Shown here: positions 28,046-35,951 of the stretch, in pieces
How positions within the stretch are numbered: position 1 is the first letter of the stretch
Layout: each line of letters opens with the position of its first letter
Source of the DNA: Saprospiraceae bacterium
Lineage (GTDB): Bacteria > Bacteroidota > Bacteroidia > Chitinophagales > Saprospiraceae
Assembly (NCBI GenBank): GCA_046160625.1
Contig: JBJXGZ010000044.1
Coordinates: forward strand, 736 to 64,735
Reading direction: 5' to 3'
Length of the DNA: 64,000 bases
Program-made: the position numbers and the translations under genes
The notes under the pieces: model-generated
The model's database searches: none
Seen by the model: the letters and a program-made list of their open reading frames with translations, nothing else
What the model was told of the DNA's origin: nothing

Positions 28046-29668
28046 TTAAATCTTGGTAATAATAACTTCTACCCTGCGGTTTTTGGCACGAAGTTCTTCA
28101 GAGTCGTTAGCGTTGATCGGTTTTTTTGCCCCATACCCCATGGTTTCAATTCTTGCACCTGCACATCCTTTCTTTATCAAAAAATCGCGGATGGCTTTAG
28201 CCCGGTCTTCAGAAAGTCGGAGCAAATCTTCGGCCTTTCCGATATTATCTGTGTGACCTTCAATCCGAATATGTAGCCCAGGGGTTTCTAAAAGAATAGA
28301 GGATAATCGCTCCAATTCCCCAAAAGATTCTTCTAAAACCACGGCTTTTGATTGTTCAAAAAAGATGGGGCGTAGCTCAATTTTTGCGTTCACTTCCAAA
28401 GGGTCAAGGAGCAAATCCATGTATTGTTCTCTGAAATAATAATAGTCGCGCCGAAAAAGAACTTCCTCTGCTTGTCCTGAAAAACCACCCTTTTCAGGGA
28501 TTAGATCAAACTTGACTCCTTTGGGAATTTTTAAACGAAAGGTGCCTTCTTGTGTAGTTAGGACATTGTGCGGATCGCCAGAAGCTCCATAATATAATCG
28601 GGCATCTTTTATCAATTCCCGGGTTTTACTATTCAGAACCCGTCCGATCACTTCCAACTCCGTTGCTTGAGGCGGGGCAATTCGCACGCGATAAATATCA
28701 CTGTTTCCTTCCCGCTTAGAAGCAAAGTAGAGAAACCCCGATGTCATATTGAAATAGGGTTGACTTTCATCGAACTTTGAATTCATCGGCTCAAACAACA
28801 ATGCGGGCGAAGACCAGTTTTTCCAGGTTTCATCCAAACGGCGAGCGGTGTAAAGGTCGTTTCCACCCATTCCGCCACTTCGGGTCGAAGAAAAAAACAG
28901 GGTTTCGTTGTCTTCTGAAAGATATGGGGTGGTTTCCCTCCGATCAGAATTTATGACATTGCCAAGGTGCTGCGGCGCACTCCATTTGTTCTCTCCTTTT
29001 TTGAAACATACATACAAATCCATGTCACGGGAATCAGCACGGATAGCGGAGAGAATCAGGACTTTTCCATCAAAACTCATGGTCAGGCTTACATCTGAAG
29101 TTATGGTGTAGTAGTCCGTTATTTCGACAGACTTTGGAAAACTCCAACCAATGCTATCGGATGTATGGCGAACGAGGGAAAAACCCCTGTCCATGTTTCC
29201 ATTGCGCTCAAATTGGTTGATGACGTAAAAGGCGTTCGGGTCCGGCGTAATGGTCACCATACTGTTGGGCAACGCGTTGTTCAAAGGATAGCCTGGGTGT
29301 TCTACTGTAGAAAAATCAAAAGAATCACCTCTTGCTATCCAGATGTCCTGATTAAAGGCGGAGCGTTCGGGATTGTAAATAGATTTTCCGGCAATTTGGG
29401 AATAAACATCGGCCAATGCAGCGGAGTATTTTTCTGGAGTTAGTTTAATCGCCATATCTACACTGTCTATAAGAAGGGTGCGGTCGAACGTCGGAAGACC
29501 CAGGCGAGTGAAATGTAAAGTGCGCCCGTCGCGGCTTGGCACGGGGGTTATTTCATCAAAGGTAGAATTGATGAATGGGGGGAGTTTTTCCAATACGAAA
29601 TAATTGTACGTTTGGGAAAAGCAATAATTGACAAGGAAAATGGGAAAAAGAAGCAGTAAGTATTTCAT
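28046..29668 (-). CDS. OmpA-family protein with TolB-like (PD40) repeats
   Basis: Signal peptide MKYLLLLFPIFLVNYCFSQ. PD40-like repeats include ETTPYLSEDNETLFFSS and ESQPYFNMTSGFLYFAS. The C-terminal OmpA_C motif reads RIEGHTDNIG...NRRVEVII. Confidence 0.85.
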   Translation of the reverse strand: MKYLLLLFPIFLVNYCFSQTYNYFVLEKLPPFINSTFDEITPVPSRDGRTLHFTRLGLPTFDRTLLIDSVDMAIKLTPEKYSAALADVYSQIAGKSIYNPERSAFNQDIWIARGDSFDFSTVEHPGYPLNNALPNSMVTITPDPNAFYVINQFERNGNMDRGFSLVRHTSDSIGWSFPKSVEITDYYTITSDVSLTMSFDGKVLILSAIRADSRDMDLYVCFKKGENKWSAPQHLGNVINSDRRETTPYLSEDNETLFFSSTRSGGMGGNDLYTARRLDETWKNWSSPALLFEPMNSKFDESQPYFNMTSGFLYFASKREGNSDIYRVRIAPPQATELEVIGRVLNSKTRELIKDARLYYGASGDPHNVLTTQEGTFRLKIPKGVKFDLIPEKGGFSGQAEEVLFRRDYYYFREQYMDLLLDPLEVNAKIELRPIFFEQSKAVVLEESFGELERLSSILLETPGLHIRIEGHTDNIGKAEDLLRLSEDRAKAIRDFLIKKGCAGARIETMGYGAKKPINANDSEELRAKNRRVEVIITKI

Positions 29669-29693
29669 GTACGAAGAAACAAAAAATTATAAA

Positions 29694-29728
29694 AAAAGCG
29701 AGCCGCCTCAATCGGGCAGCTCGCTTTT
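29694..29728 (-). terminator. Intrinsic terminator after porV
   Basis: aaaagcgagc...gctcgctttt. On the minus strand the stem is followed by a T-run. It lies between the porV stop (29753) and the OmpA-family start (29668). Confidence 0.7.
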
Positions 29729-29752
29729 CAAAACGAAGCACAATATTACCTA

Positions 29753-30970
29753 TTATTCGTCGTCGCCTTCGAATGCCTCAAAGTCGAACAAAAGTGAAAA
29801 ACGAAGGGTGTTGTCCAATGGGTTGCGCTGGTTGCTTGTAGGTACGAGGTAACTAAAGTTTAAGCCAAAGACGTTGTACTTTACACCAAGGCCGATACTG
29901 AAATATTTGCGATTTCCTTTAGAATAGTGCTCGCGGAAGTGCCCTAGGCGAACCGCGAATTGGTCGTCGTACCAATATTCGGCTCCAATACCTACTGTTA
30001 TTTCTTTCAATTCTTCCTTAAAGCCGCCCGGTGCATCACCAAAAGATTTGAAAATACCTCGAATCGGCGAGTATTCCTTGTAATCCGCAACATTGTTCCC
30101 GTCTGCATCACCAAGATCCGGACGCGGTGTTGGCACCAAAAGTTTGTTGAAATCGGTGCTAAACGTGATCGTGTTGAATTCATCCAACTGAAGTTTCAAT
30201 CCAGCACCGATACCAAGATTGGTAGGGATATAATCGCGATTTACCGAGTTGGTATAAGTGATTTTCGATCCGATATTGCTAATTGCCGTACCGAAGATAA
30301 ATTCACCTTTGTTGTCACCCATTTTAATAGGGGTTTTATAGGTCAGAGAAATATCTGCAGCGCCAGCAATACCCGGTTTGATTATAGTACCTGCGTCATC
30401 TCCCGCTGAGCGACCTGTAGCGAGATTAGAGTAAATGAATTTTGCGCCAACGGCAGCAGAGAACTTTTCAGTCAATTTACGGGCGTATGCGCCAGAAAAC
30501 TCGAATTCATTGGGTCGCCCTCGCCCGAGAGATTCGCCCATTACGTCTGTAAATTCAATATCGCCCAGTGAAAAATAGCGAAGGCTTGCCCCCACCGCTT
30601 GAAATTTGTCTAAACGGTAATAGGCAGAAAGATAGGCGAGATAGACATCATTCAAGCCAAGGTTGCGCATCCAAGGCGTGTATGTAGCAGAAATGGATAC
30701 GTTTTTTTCGGCAAAGGCTAATTTGGATGGATTGTAATGCATTCCGTTCGGGTCAACAGAGGTAGCAATACCTACATCTCCCATAGCTCCACCGCGAGCG
30801 TCTGGCACAATTCGGAGAAATGGAACAGCAGAGGTGACAGCATTGGCACAACGCTCTCCTGTGATGGGGTTGTTTCCATTAACGCATTTGGGTTCAAGTT
30901 GCCCGTACAAGGCTGTTCCGGTCAGAGTCAAAGCCGCCGCGAACAGCGACCGTGCGAGTAATTTATTCAT
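29753..30970 (-). CDS. porV: T9SS outer-membrane shuttle protein PorV (LptO)
   Basis: 405 aa with a signal peptide. The block VPFLRIVPDARGGAMGDVGIATS is characteristic of PorV. The protein has beta-barrel character and lies directly downstream of porU. Confidence 0.85.
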   Translation of the reverse strand: MNKLLARSLFAAALTLTGTALYGQLEPKCVNGNNPITGERCANAVTSAVPFLRIVPDARGGAMGDVGIATSVDPNGMHYNPSKLAFAEKNVSISATYTPWMRNLGLNDVYLAYLSAYYRLDKFQAVGASLRYFSLGDIEFTDVMGESLGRGRPNEFEFSGAYARKLTEKFSAAVGAKFIYSNLATGRSAGDDAGTIIKPGIAGAADISLTYKTPIKMGDNKGEFIFGTAISNIGSKITYTNSVNRDYIPTNLGIGAGLKLQLDEFNTITFSTDFNKLLVPTPRPDLGDADGNNVADYKEYSPIRGIFKSFGDAPGGFKEELKEITVGIGAEYWYDDQFAVRLGHFREHYSKGNRKYFSIGLGVKYNVFGLNFSYLVPTSNQRNPLDNTLRFSLLFDFEAFEGDDE

Positions 30971-31026
30971 GATAAAGCAAGTGAATTTAGTTGTAACGTT
31001 TTGGTGTACTAATCAAAGGTATTTCA

Positions 31027-31087
31027 CGCAACGCCGCAACGTCGCAACGTTTTGTAATTTGTATCGTTGCGACGTTTCGACGTTTCG
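31027..31087. repeat. Hairpin with 23-nt arms (20 paired) and a 15-nt loop; 8-nt periodic CGCAACGN unit
   Basis: cgcaacgccgcaacgtcgcaacg pairs with cgttgcgacgtttcgacgtttcg. It lies between the porU stop (31099) and the porV ATG (30970). Confidence 0.8.
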
Positions 31088-31098
31088 TAAAATAAAAA

Positions 31099-34000
31099 TT
31101 ATTTCAAAATAACCAGTTTTTCAAAATCGCTTTGGGCGGTGCTGTTTGCACCTGAAGCATCTGTGCCGCGTATTTTTACCCGGTAAAGGTACACACCCCG
31201 AGCGAGCGGATCACCATATTCATCGTTCCCATCCCATTGCACATCCGTTGAAATACGGTAACTATCGTTGTTTGTGATGGTCTGTTGAATGGTCTTTACC
31301 AAACGACCCGACACGCTGAAAATACTGACCTGTACATCCAGGATTTGCCCGGCCAAATTGTGCTCAAACTGAAAATAAGTGTTGGTAGTAAATGGGTTGG
31401 GGTAATTTAACACATGGGCAAGTGCCGCTTTTCCATCTTCTGCCACCACAAACTCAGTATATCCCTCGTCGGGATTGTTCGCTATGTCCCAACCCTTTAC
31501 ATGTAATGTATGACGGCCAGTAGCCAGATTGCGCAATGGATAAATTGCCTGTCCTTTTCGTGCAGAGTCCTGAGCACTTTCATAAAACTCATTGAGTACC
31601 AAGGTTTCCAATACGTTTCCATCCAACACAGCCGTCAGATCGTGACCTATGCTGGTTCCCGTTACATTCATGCCATAATCATCTGTACATTTCACCAGGA
31701 TTTTTGGGTTGTTATCTGTGATTCCCCCAAAAGCAAAAGCGTCTGTGTTTAGGAAGGCCTGTACAGTCGGAGGCGTGTCGTCTTGTACCAAACCTGCATT
31801 CCCTCCAATGATGATGTTTTCATCTCCCCCAGCCGCGTCTAAAGGTGTTCCATTTTCTGCATAATAACTGATCTTGCCTTTTCCATAGGCGTAATTGATA
31901 TCCTTTGGCACCACAAAATTGACCGTAAAAATACCATTTACCACTTTTGCACTGCCCTTGAAAAGTATGTTGCGTTGGATTTTGAAATCGCGAATTACAC
32001 TACCGGGGTCTTGTCCTAATGTTTTGAGCGTTTGTGTTTTATCAAAAACCGTGACAAAAACCCGGCCATTGAAATTGTTCAGGATACTTCCAAGGGTATC
32101 GGTCACTATACCTTCCAGTAAAACGGGCATGAGTGCCCGCAATGTATCTGGCTGGCCGAGCGTCACGGATTGTCCGTTTATTTTGGTCGTTGCCACCCGG
32201 TATTCCGGTAAGGCAAGATGCATGGCAGGGTCGCCGAGCAGGGTAAACCGCCTTGCATTGCGAACATCGCTGGTGAGTGCGTTCTTGGAGTCTTTCAACA
32301 CATCGCCAATGGTTCGATATTTTCCGTTAACTCGTTGAAAGATAAAGTCTTGTACCTCATCGGTTAAGTCTTCATTGCCCGCGATATAAACAGATCGAAC
32401 GGTGGTAAAAAGCCCGATCGCCCCTGAATTTATTTTCAAAAAGGCCTGTTCACCACCCGTTAAGGTGGTATAATCGTCATAACCTCCAAAAGTGCAGGTG
32501 GCGGTTATGAGCAAAGGGTAACGATTGGGATTGTCCCAGCCGGCAATATCGTTGTTGTCTACCACGCGCTCCTGCGATAAACCACGAGGACCGCCATGGC
32601 CAATGTAATTGGCAACAAGCATGCCTTTGAACATATCAGAATTGATCGCGGCTTTTGCATCCGGGTATCTTTGGCCAGCCGAAGTAGCCACCTGCTGGTA
32701 AGCATCAAAATAAATTTTGCCAATATTGAACCAGGATTCAACAACACCATTTTCTGTGGCCAGCTTTTCCGCTTGGTTGATGTGTGCATTGCCGTCTTCA
32801 TCATCAGCAATGTAAGTTGTGCGCAAATGCCAATCGCCGAGCGTAACGGGGTCTTTGTCATATGCAACGATTTTGTCCACGATAGCGCGCGCCTCTTCAG
32901 ACGTTTTGCAAACAAAACGGCCTACCGCGATGTCGAGCGCACCCGTGAGGGAACCGCTTTCATCGGGGCTAAGTAAAGCGTAAAAGTCGTCGGAAGGAAA
33001 AGCGTCAATGGGGCTAAAGGACTCAGCAGTCTCAAAAGCTGGAATAAAATCCTTATTATCCTCGCTGTTGGTATTATTTTTTGGGTCGAAAGAAGCATCC
33101 CCAAACAGGAGCATAAATTTAAATTTATCGGGATTTCGTTCCAAAAGCATCCGTGCAAAATCGCGTATAGCACTAGGGTCTTTTGCCCCGGAAGAAAACT
33201 CATTATAAAGTTGGTTAATATCAACGGTAGCTACATCCAAGCCGGAATAGCTGCGGCGATGTTCCGCTAAACGAAGGGCTTCAGCAAAAAAATCAGGGTG
33301 ATAAATGATCACAAAATCCAGATTTTCAAGCCCGTGCAGGTTTTGAGGGCCGAGTTTTCCCGCAGTTCTTTCAGGTTTTGAAAAACTAGCCGCATCGGTA
33401 AACGCCACGAAATTCCGAAGTATGCCTAAGCTTGCAGTGCCAAATTCAACCACTCCACCATTCTGACTTTTTTGTTGAATATAGGGCGTTTGCGGATTGG
33501 TTACATCCCAAATGGTTGTGTTTCCGCTTGCGCCAGAGAGTCGAAAAGTTGCAAAGTCTTGCGAAAGGGTTTTCAAATCGCGGAACTCCAAAATCGGACC
33601 AGCCATGGTCAAGTGCCGACGGGCATTAATTTCGATGTAATCAAGCCAGCCCTCGCTTTGTGCGCCTACCTCCGGGTACACTATTTTTGCCTTAAAGGCA
33701 TCGGTTGGGGGCTGAATGCTGCCACTAAGGAGGGCATTAGAGGCATAAGGTGCGTCGTTGTTGGAAACTGCAACACTTGAAATTGTTTTTGAAAAAGTAG
33801 AGCCGCCGACTTCAAGCCGGACCGTTTGACTCACACCGCTACGACCAGCAAATTCGCTGCGTACGCGAGCAGTACTGCCTTGCACCAGGTTAGGGAAATT
33901 GAAGTCGTATTCCTGTTGCCTGGACTGGTAAAAATAATCACCAAACCAGCGCTTCCCCGAACCTTGCGAAGAGGAATTAAAATGCAGCAAGTTGTTTTTT

Positions 34001-34968
34001 TCTTCCTCAACTCGTTGATAATCATCGAATTCCTCGGTAATATAGGTAGCAGCCACACTTGGTTTTTCCGAAATTCGGAGGCCAAAGCCGTCGCCAGTTT
34101 TGATAAAGTACCAGGCGTGGTGGTCGTAAAGATTGACACGGACGGTTAGTTCTGGGTCGGTGGCGTGAGGGCGATAAATCCATGGGCGCGGTCCAACGGC
34201 ATAGAAAAGTATGTAATCACCCGCATCAAATTTGCCATCCTGTTCGCCTATTACTTGAATGGAATTTTCAAGCAGGTCGTCGGCACGAGCGTCGCTGTTT
34301 TTTTCTGGTAGCATGGCTCCGCCATTTCCATAGAGCCGGATGCTTCGGGGATCAATATTGTCCAGGTCGGTAATGCCCAGTTCGTTTTTGAGAAAGGCAT
34401 AATCGAGTTTGTAAATGCCGTTTTGTGCTATACCAAATTTGTAAACAGTTCCACTGCTCAGTACGGAAGTATAAGTGAATCCATCACGGTTGCTGGCAGG
34501 CGTGGGCGGTACTGGTAAGGGTGTAATGCGCACATTGAGTGTAAAGGCTGTAGCACGCTCGTATCCGCTGCCTGCTTTTCGCACAGGTATGAATTTGACG
34601 CGACCATAAAATTGATTGCGCTCATGCTCCACCAATGTCTTGATTTCCAGATCCGTACCGAGGAAAGCGTCGTCGCTGGAAGGTTTTTTGGGATGGGATT
34701 CCCATTGTATAGAGACGAGTTCAACTTCAATGGTAGAATTGCTCGAAATGGCAAACCGCTCGGAAAAAATCGGGAGCGAACGAGCCTCATCTCCGAAGGA
34801 ACAGCCCTCAAATTTCCAGACTTCAAACGGCGAGCCGTCGGCAAGCATATAGTTTGTGGGCGTGTTGGCCCACTGCAGGCTTTGCTGAATAGTTAAGGAG
34901 TTTTGGGCGTTCAAGGCAAAGGAGCCAAGCAATAAAAGAAGGGGGAATAGCTGATTTTTCATATCCAA
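31099..34968 (-). CDS. porU: T9SS C-terminal signal peptidase/sortase PorU (C25 gingipain-like)
   Basis: 1289 aa with signal peptide ...SFALNAQ. A central C25-peptidase-like region includes ANYIGHGG and LITATCTFG. The C-terminal CTD-like beta-sandwich ends ...FEKLVILK. It is adjacent to porV. Confidence 0.85.
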   Translation of the reverse strand: MDMKNQLFPLLLLLGSFALNAQNSLTIQQSLQWANTPTNYMLADGSPFEVWKFEGCSFGDEARSLPIFSERFAISSNSTIEVELVSIQWESHPKKPSSDDAFLGTDLEIKTLVEHERNQFYGRVKFIPVRKAGSGYERATAFTLNVRITPLPVPPTPASNRDGFTYTSVLSSGTVYKFGIAQNGIYKLDYAFLKNELGITDLDNIDPRSIRLYGNGGAMLPEKNSDARADDLLENSIQVIGEQDGKFDAGDYILFYAVGPRPWIYRPHATDPELTVRVNLYDHHAWYFIKTGDGFGLRISEKPSVAATYITEEFDDYQRVEEEKNNLLHFNSSSQGSGKRWFGDYFYQSRQQEYDFNFPNLVQGSTARVRSEFAGRSGVSQTVRLEVGGSTFSKTISSVAVSNNDAPYASNALLSGSIQPPTDAFKAKIVYPEVGAQSEGWLDYIEINARRHLTMAGPILEFRDLKTLSQDFATFRLSGASGNTTIWDVTNPQTPYIQQKSQNGGVVEFGTASLGILRNFVAFTDAASFSKPERTAGKLGPQNLHGLENLDFVIIYHPDFFAEALRLAEHRRSYSGLDVATVDINQLYNEFSSGAKDPSAIRDFARMLLERNPDKFKFMLLFGDASFDPKNNTNSEDNKDFIPAFETAESFSPIDAFPSDDFYALLSPDESGSLTGALDIAVGRFVCKTSEEARAIVDKIVAYDKDPVTLGDWHLRTTYIADDEDGNAHINQAEKLATENGVVESWFNIGKIYFDAYQQVATSAGQRYPDAKAAINSDMFKGMLVANYIGHGGPRGLSQERVVDNNDIAGWDNPNRYPLLITATCTFGGYDDYTTLTGGEQAFLKINSGAIGLFTTVRSVYIAGNEDLTDEVQDFIFQRVNGKYRTIGDVLKDSKNALTSDVRNARRFTLLGDPAMHLALPEYRVATTKINGQSVTLGQPDTLRALMPVLLEGIVTDTLGSILNNFNGRVFVTVFDKTQTLKTLGQDPGSVIRDFKIQRNILFKGSAKVVNGIFTVNFVVPKDINYAYGKGKISYYAENGTPLDAAGGDENIIIGGNAGLVQDDTPPTVQAFLNTDAFAFGGITDNNPKILVKCTDDYGMNVTGTSIGHDLTAVLDGNVLETLVLNEFYESAQDSARKGQAIYPLRNLATGRHTLHVKGWDIANNPDEGYTEFVVAEDGKAALAHVLNYPNPFTTNTYFQFEHNLAGQILDVQVSIFSVSGRLVKTIQQTITNNDSYRISTDVQWDGNDEYGDPLARGVYLYRVKIRGTDASGANSTAQSDFEKLVILK

Positions 34969-35018
34969 AATCCAATTTTTACAAGTGCGGTGAAAGGACG
35001 CAAAGCAGGGCAGGCGGG

Positions 35019-35810
35019 TTGCCTACACAAATTTCCTTTCTTTGTGCCAAAATTGTTGCTGTGCGTGCATTAGCTTTCTTGTTCCTGCCGTTTTTGTCCT
35101 TTGTCCTTTTTGCCTGTGGCACAGGGGGCAAACGGGACATCAGTGAATATTACTTCCCGGTAAAAGACCTGCGAGGCGGAAAAGTTTACGAGTATGTAGT
35201 GTCGCAAAACGACTCCGTAATGCCGGAATATTGGCACTACCGCACTTTTGTGCGCGATAGTGGCCTTTTTTTGGTTGGAACCTACTACGATCACCGTTTT
35301 CAGATCGGTCAAATTATTCGAGAAAAAATCACAAAAAGTGGTGCTTTGGCTAAAGAGAGTCATCTCTATGAAGCAGACCCAAGCCCAGAAGCAGAGGGTG
35401 GGCAGATTCATACAAAGACCATTATTGAAGCACCGAACAAATTTCCCTTTTCTGTTAGCGACTCGTCGGGCGTTTTTTTGTTCAAACTTCAATTTAACCC
35501 ACCAGACGATCCTGAGGCCATCATATATGTTGAGCGGAAACGAAGGTTTTTGGGTGTCGCACCAGATTTTGAATATGATGGTAAAAAATACTCCTGTATC
35601 AAATTTGAACTTCGTGAGCGTATTGGCAATGAAAAAGAAAAGGCAGCAACCGTGGAAGGGCTTGGTGAGGAGTGGTATGCAAAAGGACTTGGCTTGGTTT
35701 ATTACAGCAAAAAGTATGGTGGCGGGGCATTCAAAATGGAGGCAAGACTGACCGATATTTTCCCCATGTCGGAATTGGAACGGAAAGCGACCAGCATTTA
35801 TGGAGAATAA
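35019..35810 (+). CDS. Hypothetical lipoprotein
   Basis: 263-aa ORF with a TTG start (alternative GTG at 35061) and the lipobox-like ...VLFACG. I recognise no family. Confidence 0.55.
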   Translation: MPTQISFLCAKIVAVRALAFLFLPFLSFVLFACGTGGKRDISEYYFPVKDLRGGKVYEYVVSQNDSVMPEYWHYRTFVRDSGLFLVGTYYDHRFQIGQIIREKITKSGALAKESHLYEADPSPEAEGGQIHTKTIIEAPNKFPFSVSDSSGVFLFKLQFNPPDDPEAIIYVERKRRFLGVAPDFEYDGKKYSCIKFELRERIGNEKEKAATVEGLGEEWYAKGLGLVYYSKKYGGGAFKMEARLTDIFPMSELERKATSIYGE

Positions 35811-35895
35811 TATTGTGAAACCTTTGATAATTTTAACCCATTAGGCAACCCGATTGCCCTAAATCGCGCCTTTTTCCACCCCGAATTTTCGTGGG

Positions 35896-35920
35896 GCGGA
35901 GCCAAAATCTCCGCATTTTT
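35896..35920 (+). terminator. Intrinsic terminator
   Basis: gcggagccaaaatctccgc is followed by attttt, downstream of the stop at 35810. Confidence 0.6.
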
Positions 35921-35951
35921 GAATCCAAACCTGCTTTTCAAGATTTTTGAC

